Shown here: in pieces, positions 13,950-25,574 of the stretch | Position numbering within the stretch: the first letter of the stretch is position 1 | Layout: the number at the start of each line of letters is the position of its first letter | NCBI GenBank assembly: GCA_951406725.2 | Contig: OX597830.1 | Location: 45,570,001 to 45,634,000 of the forward strand | Direction: 5' to 3' | DNA length: 64,000 bases | Source: Octopus vulgaris | Lineage: Eukaryota | Position numbers and translations under genes: made by a program | The notes under the pieces: model-generated | What the model was told of the DNA's origin: nothing | The model's database searches: none | Seen by the model: only the letters and a program-made list of their open reading frames with translations

Positions 13950-15000
13950 AATGGCTTGACGCTGATTGGTCAGTTAATCGACCGATCGCATGAATCGTCT
14001 TTGACTTAGCCGTGATGCTTACTCGGCTATCCAGCAACTCGGTTTCGAATCTGCTACAATACTTTCAACATTGAAAAATTTCAGGCATACACTGTTGTGG
14101 ACATTTCGTATGTGCCATCAAATCGTTGTCCTAAAGCTGTCCATTACTGAAGTGAATAGGTAGAAGTCGGAGGGGGGGGATCCTGTCTTTATAATGGATC
14201 AATTTGCCAGTTGCTTGATATGTCGACTACTAATTGTGTATGATTGCCCATTGTCATGGTGAATGGGGATCGTTTTCAGGTACCTGTTCAGTCTCTGCTC
14301 CCTAATGGCCTCGTTAAGCTTTTTATGTCTCGATGTTTCGTTCACAATTCACGGTACCGTTACATTCCAGAAAATCATCAAAAATGACGCCTTTGTCATT
14401 CCCCCGAAACACTCATTGGGATTAACTGAGCCGATCACTTGAATTTCCTGAACTTCGAAGGCTTTGGCGAAGAGGTGGGACATCATTCCATGGGCTGAAC
14501 ATTTGTTTCCAGGTCAGAAAGATACGACCAGGTTTCACACTAACAGTTCAGGACAATGTGTTTTCATTGGCTTCAAATGTTTCTAAAAAAATCAGAGCAG
14601 ACTTCCACACTTCTCTCTTTTTGCCTGGACGTTGTTCAATACTCAGTCTGCCATCATCTTCAGTGACGTATTATGACAAAAGTCCAGTTGTGCAGAAAAC
14701 TCATGGGTCGAGACTAGCCCGTCCGCAACAATCAGTTCATACACACGCTGGTGATTCATGCCAACGGTTACAATTGGAAGTCTCCTATTGCATGATTTGC
14801 CTTCTATTCTTGTTTCCCCTGTTTTAAATTTCATCCATCTGCGCATATCTTGTTATCAATAATGTCATTTCTGCAACCAACCAATAGCCTTTTAGTGGCT
14901 GTTGGACTGTCTACACCGCCTCTTTCATCAAGAACTCTATAACAGTACTTCCTGCTGCCTGGAACGTATTATTTGCCGGCAATGAAGAACAAAAAGTATC
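13950..15000 (-). mobile_element. Degraded mariner transposase fossil
   Basis: Minus-strand remnants VTEDD, IHHDN, PSDFYLF. Confidence 0.6.
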
Positions 15001-15649
15001 ACAATAAAATAAGAATTACTCTACCTGCATGTGTAATTTGAACAACTTATGCCAGTTAATAAAAAAAAGAGTTTTCGGAACACATGTGCAGGCACGTGTG
15101 TGTTCGTAAGCAGCTAACGACAAACCGCTTTTAAATAAGCGCAACGAATGCTGACAGAATGAAAGACTCAGCCGACGAGTAAAATCTAATATTTGTTGTC
15201 TGTAATTTCGAAGTTTCACTAGAAGTGGGTTATTCAAGCAGTGGGGTGAAAGCCATTGCTAAGGCTTAATTATGTGTCCCTACAGTTAAGATGCGGGTAG
15301 AAATAAAACTGTAAGGAAACGAAAGAATGAAGAGAAGATATATTAGTGGTAGCCAGAATTTTAGTTGATATAAAAATGTGTTCGAAGAAGGGAGATGGGA
15401 TTAAAAACCCTAAAAAGTTTGATTGCAACGGGAAATGTAGCAGAAGGGGTATGTTGGGACGCAGATCCCTGAACAGGAGGTTAAGAAAGGGGCAACAAAT
15501 CAATTTGTGTAAAAAGAAAAGATTGTTGAAGAAAAGTACTGACAACCCCAGGAAAACGAATACGCTTACACAAACACAATTATTGAAAGGCAATACATAT
15601 GTTATACGCAGTCAGTCTTCGCGATTATCACTATTCGAGGCTTTGCCAT

Positions 15650-16250
15650 AACTTGATAACCATACTGGTTGTGTTTTTTTTTCCATTGGAGTTTACCATT
15701 TCTTATGATCATTTCCTTTCCACTCTTCCATATTCCTTTTTACTTCAAATCTTAGTCGAGGTCTTCCATGGTTTCTTTTCCCTTTGCATAGCTGGGAGTA
15801 AAGGAGTTGTCTGCGGAATCTGCTGCTGTCCATCCTGTGCATGTATCCCAACCTATGTAAATTTCCGTCAATGAGCATTTCCATCATAAGCAGGTGGACC
15901 AGGATCTTTTCATTCCTAATCTTGTCCAAGAGAAAAATATTCATAATACGTTGCAGCTCTCTCATCATATACTCATGTAACTTGTCTACTTGAGCTTTAT
16001 AAACTGTCCAGGCCTCATTTCCATACAGCAGCGAAGAAAGCACTGTAGCCTGGTAAACATTTCACCAGACGCCTATAGAAACCTGCCTATTTTTCCACGG
16101 CCTGTCAGATGAAGCACTAGCCCTGATCATTTTGTATGTGATTTTCTGGTCCAGTAATGCGTTATTGGAGATGGTGCTGCCTAGGTATTTGAATGCTTTG
16201 CACTTGGCCAGCCTTTCGTGTCTAATAGACGATGTTTTCTTGTTACAGGA
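15650..16250 (-). mobile_element. RTE LINE 3' fragment
   Basis: FKYLGSTISN, LLYGNEAWT, RQLLYSQL..GKRNHGRPRLRF. Confidence 0.8.
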
Positions 16251-18381
16251 GCAGTTAGGTTCTCCACAGGTTAGTAAAGACCGACGTCTCTAACACTCTA
16301 CAAATTGGCGTCTTTTGCTATGCTACTTATAACCGTGGAGCGGAAAGTCCCAGGACCTTCCAGATGTTTGGTTTATGACTAGCTGAAAACTCAGCTGCAT
16401 ACATGATCAAGCCGTGGTTATGTCGACTGGAAAGACACAATAGGACAACGCGAGCTTGCGTCCTGCTACAGATTCAAGTATTTTCGCAAATATGAGTGAG
16501 TTTGCAACATTGCCTACCATCTTTGTATTGTAAGAGATGTCAATATCTCTCTCAGGACTAGCATAGGAACCGAACAACAAATATTGCTACAGCTTGACGC
16601 ACGCTTCAACTGGTTGTCTATTCACAACAGCTTGTTGACGATCCAACAAGAAGAGACACTACTCTCTTGTCCAGATGTACTTGGAAGAACCACTATCAAA
16701 ACCTTGTAGATCTAACCCTTTCAAATCATAGCCCTGTGCTGTTAAAACGGAATGTTCCGGGACAGCAAGACCAACCATACGAGAGAAAAGTTTGGTTCCA
16801 CAAAGAATAAACGTTAAGGACTTGCTACGATACCTTAACTATTTTAAGAAAAAGAATTTTGAGATATCATATAAGCTGTAACTTAATGCAAAACCATGAA
16901 CAGCTTCATTCATAACAGTCAACAGTAAGAAAAAAAATTGTTAATAAAATTTTTTGTTCTAGAAATGGGCGCCTTCTTTGCCACCATTTGATGTAAAATA
17001 ATAGACCATAGATCAAACAAAAGTTTTCAGAAACAAAACATAACTACAATGAGGCAGAAAGTCAAATGAAAAGATAACACAATAGCAGTTTGAGGAAAGA
17101 CCTGACAAACAATAGCAGTGGCAAACAATGGCTGAATGTGAACGGCTGACTGGAAAGAGAGGTACATTTAAGCCAAAGAAGTACAAAGCCATGGTGCTAT
17201 AGGGGGAAGTGAAAATCATCAAAACCTTGAATTATTCTTTGGGAATTATGATCAGCCTTTGAAAAAGCTGATTCAGTTTCTGTGTGTAACTTCAGTGTAT
17301 ATGCTTAAATAGTCATAACACATCTGCACGTGGAGCCAGACGATTGTAGTGTTCTGAAAGATCACAAACAAACTAGTTTCGCAAAGAAGGGCCGCCGCCT
17401 ATAAAGCAGCAATTTGAACCAACGTTGAATGTTTTCTTTGGAAGAATGATTCAGATAGCCCCTACACTGGTAACTGTACTCAGTTCAGAAGCTCCAAGAT
17501 ATTTCTTCGTCAATAACCTGCATTACATATGTGCTGCTTTAGCAACACAACTCTATAAACTGCAAACCACAGCTCATTGAAACACCGTCGACAATTGATT
17601 GGCCTGCAGCAGCTCATTCGACCAACATGGATCTTACTCTCAATGGCATAATAAAAATGAGGCTATTGTAGCTGAATGTCGTTTTTAAAACAAGCCAGGA
17701 TGTAAATGGTAGTATGAAATGTAAGATAGGCGTGAGAGTAGAGAGATAAACATAAAAGAAATATTCTTTTCTACTCTAGGCGGAGACTGACTGGTGTCAG
17801 ATACATCGTTGCCAGACAAGTTGCGTGTGCCAAAGACCTAGCACAGTCGAGAACTGCTGTTCTTATTGAGATCAGGAGGCTCCCAGAGCTGGTGATTAAT
17901 TTCCCGCGTAGGGAAAAACGTTGCGCCAACACGATTGGGCGGTTGGAAACAGACCAATACGAACAAGTTCGGCTAATCACAAGGTCATGTGACCTGCTGG
18001 AACGAAAAGTCCTGTGGAGCGGATATCCAGGTAGTTAAGCCTAAACAACTCGCAATGAAATCATCTCACACCGTATAAATCACTTCTGCTAAATAACCAA
18101 TTACATACGACATAGGGTCCTTTTAGCTAATTCACATAACTGTTAGATTATAAAGAGACTTAAGAAATGTAATATTCCAGCTTGTAGGATGACTGACACA
18201 AAAAAATCTGTTAGGCTTGCCTTGAAACTTGCAGTGGAAAACTCTTCACAGAAGATATGTGTAACAATTCTTTTAGCAACTTGCAGAAGTAGTATGACAT
18301 GAATCGTATCAAACTACGTAGAAGTTCGTTATTTTTATTATTTACATTTGACGGTTATTTGTCCTCGTCTTGTTTGTTGTT

Positions 18382-18427
18382 AACACAACGTTTCGGCTGA
18401 TATACACCCCAGCCTTCATCAGGTGTC
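18382..18427 (-). ncRNA. Minimal type I hammerhead ribozyme motif
   Basis: Minus strand GACAC-CUGAUGA-A-GGCUG-gggtgtatat-CAGCC-GAAACGUU-GUGUU; stems I and II pair; palindromic ACGU stem III. Confidence 0.72.
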
Positions 18428-19559
18428 TTGGGGAAATTTCGAACCTGGGTTCTCATTCCTAAGGTATTTTTCGATATTGTTGTTATTATTACTTCTATTA
18501 TTCAGGTCACTGCCTGGAATCGTAGAAGTTTATTAAACAAAATTTGGTTTCTCAAATAGTTCGTTATAAAAAATGCATTCAAGTTTACCAGAAGGACGCA
18601 CAATAGTGAGAGGAGACACAGAAGATGGTAAATTCAAGACGATGTTAATATAGAGTTGATAGTGCTTAAGAAATAAGCAGCAGGAATTAGAGGAGTACAA
18701 GTAGCGCCGAGTGAGTTTGTTTCCATTTCCAGCTTAATTTTTTTCAGTTTACTTTTATGTCGTTAATTCCCCAGGGAAACAGATGCCTCCATCTTTGCTT
18801 CTCAAAGTTCAGCGAGTGCGCATGTGCAGAGTGAGAGAAGGAAAAAGAGAAGTTGTAACAGAAAGATGACTATATATCAATGTAAAGCTTAAACCTACTT
18901 AAGAGAAGTTATTGTTAATTAGCTCCAGATCAGCGCTAATCCAGCAGACCCATGATCAAAAGCTTTCCGTCCATGACTATCCCTCCATTTAAGAATATGT
19001 TGGAATATCCATTCCTTCCCCAATAGTGCAAGGTATGGTTTGAGGGAAATGTTGAAGCTATTTCTTGCAGAGGTGGTGTGGTCCACTACTGCAGGTTTTA
19101 TTCTGTCTGTCTAAGTCTACCTACTTCACACTTCACTGTGTCTTCCTACGTCACTGCTGTACATTTCACTGCATCTGACAACGTCACTGCGTCATCATTA
19201 CGTCACTACAGTCAGACTGTAGTGACGTCACACAACGTCATTACTAAATTATTCATTCAGTAACAAAAGTGCAGTGAATCAGTGAAATTGTAAATGTCAC
19301 ATCATCACTAAAGAATCTGAGAAACAAAAGAAACAAGAAGAAATTAAATGAAATCTTTCTGAAAAAGTGATAAAGGAAATCCTAGAAAATATTGTATTTT
19401 AGATGTCATTCACTGGACTCGATAAGAGTTTAGTGAATGTTAACGGATTGTGTGCGCACACGTTTGTATGTGTCTGTATGAGAACCTGACTGATTTGTCT
19501 GTGTGCGTATGTTTCTGTAAGAGACTTAAGCTGTCATCTAGTCGTCTCATATGTGTGTA

Positions 19560-19617
<58 letters not shown>

Positions 19618-20640
19618 GCACACGCGCGAATTTTTTCGGTTTGACACGTTTCTTCTGATTTTATAGAAAATTTCCATACAAATATAGATTTCAAGATTTC
19701 AAGCCTATTATGACCCCATGGCCGCTATCTTTAGTTAGTTCCTTATGCCGGTAGATGTCGAGCTTGGTAAATAGATTAGGGCACCGTGGCTACGAGATCT
19801 CCAGATATTTCGCTAAAACTGTTTAATGGATGGAACGGGGCGCAGGAATTTTAACCTTAAAAGCCGATTGAGGAAGATGTTGATAAATTTTCTATTACCG
19901 AAAGCTGTGTGATAAGTATCAATGAGGCTTAAAAGCTGACTGTTAGACTAGAATATGCCCACGATAGGCGGACAAATGTCATTGATGACAAACCATTGTC
20001 ATCACTGGTTGTCCGTGCATGGAAATCGCAGTTGAATTCTCTGCCAGGAAAGTTTTAGAAGAGAATGGTTTATATCACAGCGAACTAAGAATAACACACG
20101 TTGCAGTATCTGCATCGATAGAGAAACCTGTTCCTGTCTGTTAATTTGCTGCATAGAGAATGTGACTCGTAAGGCTAACAGGAATTGTGATCTTCTTCAG
20201 CCATATGCTGTGGTGTGTACACACATAATAGAAGATAAACCTAGCCTGAATAGGAAACTGGAATGGAACACTAGCACCACCCCGCAACACACCACAGCAT
20301 ATGACAGAAGAAGATCCCCATAAACTGGTAACAATATAAACAAAACTAAAAATATAATAAAATACACAGATAAATAAACTAATGGAAGTAAATAACTATA
20401 TACATTAATAATAATAATAATAAGAAGAAGAAGAATAAGTAGGTGTAAACACATGAATAAAATATAAATAAACTAAAACAAATTACACGAACGTGTATAA
20501 ACAAGAAATACAAATATTACAGGCACTCCACCCCCTCCAGACACACACACACTAACTAAACATAGACACGCATAGAGGCATACGTATGCGCAAATGAAGA
20601 CACATACAATAGGAATACAAATAAGAAAGAAGAAAGCAAA

Positions 20641-20685
20641 GGACCACTGACGAGGTCACAGAAGTGTGACGAAAGAACTCTGACC
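20641..20685 (+). ncRNA. Hammerhead-like motif (partly degenerate)
   Basis: CA-CUGACGA-G-GUCACA-gaag-UGUGAC-GAAA-GAAC-UC-UG; strong stem II, weak stem I. Confidence 0.55.
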
Positions 20686-20826
20686 GAAATAAAATTAAGA
20701 TTAATGTAAAAAATGAATAACGCTGAAGCAAATTAACACCAAATATATAGTACGTGTGTTTTATTGGCTAAACTGGCAAAATGACCATTCCTAAGTACAA
20801 CATATATATATATATATATATATATA

Positions 20827-21130
20827 CTGGTTGTCCCAAAATGAAGGCAACCAACTTATTTTTTTCAATTTAGCCAAAGAAAAATATTGTTGCATTTCGG
20901 GTCCGAACGTTACAATACAATGGTAAACAAAACACAATTATGACGCTGCCACATTTATTCGATATGACCACCTCTGTTTCGAATCACAGCCTTAAGTCTA
21001 GGTGCGAATGCTTCACACGCAGCTGTTCTTGCGGAATCGAAGCCCATTTCTGGTGCAGTTTTGCCTTCAGAGCATCGAGCGAAGCATAAGGAGTACTCGA
21101 GACCATCGTCTCCAAAATGGACCAAACAGA
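20827..21130 (-). mobile_element. Tc1/mariner 3'-end fragment
   Basis: RLKAVIRNRGGHIE* C-terminus; terminus next to (TA)n. Confidence 0.65.
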
Positions 21131-21139
21131 AAAATCCAA

Positions 21140-22159
21140 CGGGTTGAGATCGGAGAACCTAATATACTCACTAACCTGCTCCGGGTGTCAAGAGCAGTAT
21201 ATAGGCCAAACAAAAAATGGTTTGCGTAAACGAATGGCCCTGCACAGATCCCAGATAAAAATTCCCCAAAACAGAAAAATAGCTTTTAGCCAACACATAG
21301 ATACTTGCGCCAACAAAAAACACCAAACTTCAGGATTTTCCCCCTCTACCAATTTAGGGACGATACAACCTCGAGACAACGAATAAGTAAAGAAAATCTC
21401 TTTATTACAAAATACAGGCCACTTCTTAACGGGTCTACGACAAACAATTAATATACCTCAACTTTAGAATATAAGAAATATATACATACACAAATATTAC
21501 ACTCCATAGAATCCATTACTAATCAGCCCCATCACAGCTATACTTTCACCCATTCATATTCTCCCTTCTCTGTTTTTTTCTTCTTCTTCTCCTTCCTCTT
21601 CTTCTTCATCATCATCATTATCATCATCATCGTCGTCATCATCATCACCACCATCATCACCATCATCTTCTCCTTCTCCTTCTTCTTCTTCATCATCATC
21701 ATCATCAACATCGTCATCTTCTTCTTCTTCTACTTCTCCACCTTCCACCCCTTAACCTTGTCACTAATGTCTTTCAGTATAACGCCTACGCAAATTCCAT
21801 AAACAATTCCTGAATTGAATTGCGACTGCTGTCAGCCACTGACCATTCAAAATACGACCATCAAGGCATTCCCAGATTTCCCCACCCCCTCTCCACATCA
21901 GCCTCCTTATTCTTCACCTACCCTACCAAGAACTCACAACGACCTCGAACACACAAGTGCAAACAAGGGAGTCAGAGAAAGGCAGAATGCTACTTATATC
22001 TGAACACTACTATAGAAATATTCTTTTAAAAAAACTTTTCTAATTTTTCTAAATTTAATTATTTAATCGTTACAGTTGAAAAGGTCTCAAAATGACCGAA
22101 ACCGGTACTGAAAGATTCACTATAAAATTATCTTAGCATTTTCTATTTTTGACTTGTTT

Positions 22160-22160
<1 letters not shown>
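21140..22160 (+). mobile_element. Penelope-like element 3' part: GIY-YIG endonuclease remnant plus downstream terminal region
   Basis: NLIYSLTCSGCQEQYIGQT..LRKRMALHR, frameshift, then KENLFITKYRPLLN; hammerhead motif downstream. Confidence 0.8.
22073..22110 (+). ncRNA. Minimal hammerhead motif with U3-A8 core variant
   Basis: CAG-UUGAAAA-GGUC-ucaaaau-GACC-GAAA-CCGG-UA-CUG. Confidence 0.65.
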
Positions 22161-22223
<63 letters not shown>

Positions 22224-22519
22224 CATTTTTTCAGACTGCGGAGAAATGGTTAAAACTTACCCTGTTTATAATTATACTATGTGATATACACCTTGAAATG
22301 ATACTTCACGTCCATGAATATAATGTTATTCCGAGTGAGTGAAGGAGTAGTGTTTTACTGTTATTTTAGTGATATTTCGGATGCATATGAAAATTACTTT
22401 AAACTTCACTCCAGCAGTTTTATTAGCCATACTAGCAAGGCACCAACCGGTTCACTTAGCAGTCCCGACAAGTATTTGCTATGCGCTTTTAACGATAAAG
22501 AACACAAATCTTTTTGAAA

Positions 22520-22915
22520 TCTTTATATATAAAAGAAAGGTTGTGTGTCTGTCTCCTACGATTTAGATTCCTAACTACTCCCACATTTTGCGGTGCAGTT
22601 TAACGAAAACCGGTATCTTATAGTCGTGATTCATATCGAGCCCTTCTGGGTATTAGCGCGCGTCTACGATGAGTCTACGATTTAAAAAAAATTACCATCA
22701 TTTTTTTTCCATTTTAATGCATTTTTTCGCTATTATATAAGGGAAGTAACTCTCTAAAAATGTCTACGATGAGTCAACGATTTTAAAAAAAATTTACCAT
22801 AATTTTTTTTTCCATTTTTAATGCATTTTTTGCTATTTTTTGGCTATAACTCTCTAAAAATACTTATATAGTTATTTTCCTTACAAACCCGAGCAACGCC
22901 GGGCGATACTGCTAG
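22520..22915 (+). mobile_element. Non-autonomous Helitron
   Basis: A|TC...CTAG|T; internal duplication of the ctacgatgagtc..atgcatttt module. Confidence 0.85.
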
Positions 22916-23775
22916 TTTTTAATAAAAACTTATATTTATCGCTAACAAAAATGTTGCCGTTACTACGGGCAACAAACATCGAGATAGTTCAAAGTTTATT
23001 GTTGTTGGACTAGATATGATAGCCGTCGTAGTTGTGAGTTTCTTGATGTTATCTGATTGTTGGGTGTTGCCGCCGCCGCCATTCGTTTTTTCATGTTGTG
23101 ACAGCGCTCTACCCTGCTGCTGGTTCTGCTACTTCCTGCTGTCTGCTATCTCTGTCTGTCGTGAGCTGTCTCTGTCGGATCTCTTCTCGGTGGTAGCGAA
23201 AATTCACTGAATGCATTGTGATGATCTTGGTCAGAAAAAGAGCACTAGAGATGAAATTGTTATTAGATCTGGTCTTGAATTAAGTCTTGAATGGTCGCCT
23301 TTTCCGATGACGTTGGTAATATTTTAGCGAATCACGATCGTGTTCTTAAGGTTCTTATGAGGGTTTTTTTTGCATCGAAAACTGTAGTCAGGTTCGATTT
23401 TTAAGTTTTGAGGCTGCTAAATATTCTTGCGACACACTATATCATACAATGCAAAATGAAATACATAGGAAAACATTAGTAAATAATACATCTATTAAAT
23501 ACAGAATTCTCCACAAATGATTCATGATAGACTCCTAGCACAACGCAGAAATAAATACAGAGATAAGATAAATTAATCGCAAACAAAAATAATGTGATTG
23601 TGCAAATCTAACGGTAAAACTTTCAAATTCTGCCGATTATACACCACATACACTGAGCTTTTTCACTCCAAAGAGACAACACGCCAACGTAACATCAACC
23701 AGATGAAACCGTGAAACTCTAGAAACTTTCTATTCAGCATTTCATGCATAACCATAGATGTACTTAATGACAATC

Positions 23776-23830
23776 AAACTACATTTATACAAACTACATT
23801 TATACAAACTACATTTATACAAACTACTAC
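23776..23830. repeat. 15-bp tandem repeat (caaactacatttata) x3-4
   Basis: Direct reading. Confidence 0.85.
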
Positions 23831-24104
23831 TTATTTACAAGATTTGATAAATTGTGAATACTTTGGAGTTCAGATTTGCGTTAAGTTACCACATAAACCT
23901 TAACTCTTGTAGAGGGTTCAGGATCTAATCTCAGTCTTTTAAGACAGGGGGCATTCTCATGTGAGCCTCAACTTACTTACAAAGTCGGGACGTCCTTTTT
24001 ACCATATCACTCATGCAAAAAGGGATTGTAGCTCTCAGATTGGATAATCCGTGTTATTTTGTCAAAACTTGAAACCTATGTGGATTTAGCACCCTAACTT
24101 GAGT

Positions 24105-24350
24105 GGATTTCGTTCACAAACCGAAAGAAAACTGTCGCATATATGTATGTATTTGTCTGTGTTTGTACCCCTGCCATTGCTTGACAACCGATGTTGCTGT
24201 GTTTACGATCCTATAACTTATCGGTTTCGCAAAAGACACTGATAGAAGAAGTACTAAACTTACAACGAATAAATCCTGTGGTTGATTTGTTCGACCAACG
24301 GCGTTGCCCCAGCATGGCCGCAATCACATGACTGAAACAAGTAAAACACT
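24105..24350 (+). mobile_element. SINE family A, 5'-truncated
   Basis: Matches the 3' half of 433-838. Confidence 0.75.
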
Positions 24351-24421
24351 TAAATTCTATGCCATTTTAATTCCGAGCAAGGCCGGGTATCTCTCTGCTA
24401 GTTTTCTTTTTTTATATAACA

Positions 24422-25093
24422 CTAGCAGTATCGCCCGGCGTTGCTCAGGTTTGTAAGGGAAATAACTATATAAGCATTTTTAGAGAGTTATAGCAAAAAA
24501 ATTAGCAAAAAAATGCATTAAAATGGAATAAAAAATGATGGTAATTTTTTTTTAATCGTTGACTCATCGTAGACATTTTTAAAGAGTTACTTCCCTTATA
24601 TAATAGCGAAAAAATGCATTAAAATGGAAAAAATGATGGTAAATTTTTTTTTAAATCGTAGACTCATCGTAGACGCTTTCTTAGCCATTTCTGTTTTGGT
24701 GTCTTCAAGCCATGAAGTCGTTGTTCTAAAAGAACGCTGGTCTCCTTGACAACGCTTTACGACGTTGATTTCCTTACACTCCCTTCCCCACAGCTTCACG
24801 AGGGAGGGAAGAAGGGGATAAGCAAACAGGTACAGGTGTGACCATGGACGCCAACTCCGCCGCCATCGACACACGAAAAATTATGCATTAAAATGGAATA
24901 AAAAATGATGTTAAATTATTTTTAAAATCGTAGACTCATCGTAAACGCGCGCTAATACTCAGACGGGCTCGATATGAATCACGACTATAAGATACCCGAA
25001 TTTGGTTAAACTGCACCGCAAAATGTGGGAGTAGTTAGGAATCTAAATCGTAGGAGACAGACACTCACACAACTACAGTTTTATATATATAGA
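24422..25093 (-). mobile_element. Non-autonomous Helitron with extra internal segment
   Basis: Reverse-complement TC...CTAG termini; three copies of the internal module plus ~200 bp unique segment. Confidence 0.85.
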
Positions 25094-25574
25094 TTAACCT
25101 GAATTGCGCTTTTTTTTTCATGTAATGACCACATATTGCAATGTTAGATCAATTGCGTTTCATTCCTTTTTGTTCATAGATATCATTGATTCACCATAAA
25201 TCCATTAGTTTACAAAAGCTTATATTTGGGGATCTGGGCTCTTATTATTTATTTTGGTTTTATTGCATTTTCTTTCTTCTTACAAGTCACAGCTTGAATG
25301 TTTTACGGATTTTTAAATTGAATACTAATGTAAACACTAAAAATAGTCGGTTGGGGGAAACGCCGCTTACACTTCGTCATAATTACACCAGTCGATTTCC
25401 TATGGATTTCATTTGTTGAAACTTCTGTGTGTTTCTTGTCAGATTGTCAATACAGTGTACACAACCTAAATTCTAAAACAGAATAAGAAAAATTAATAGG
25501 AATTCGAAAGTTTTTTCGTCTTTTCTTTTTATTACCTGACACAAAGAAAACTTTCGATTTCTCCACTTTCTATT

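Noticed and set aside
21554-21748. Acidic D/E-rich 64-aa ORF
   Set aside because: Translation of (TCA/TCT)n microsatellites
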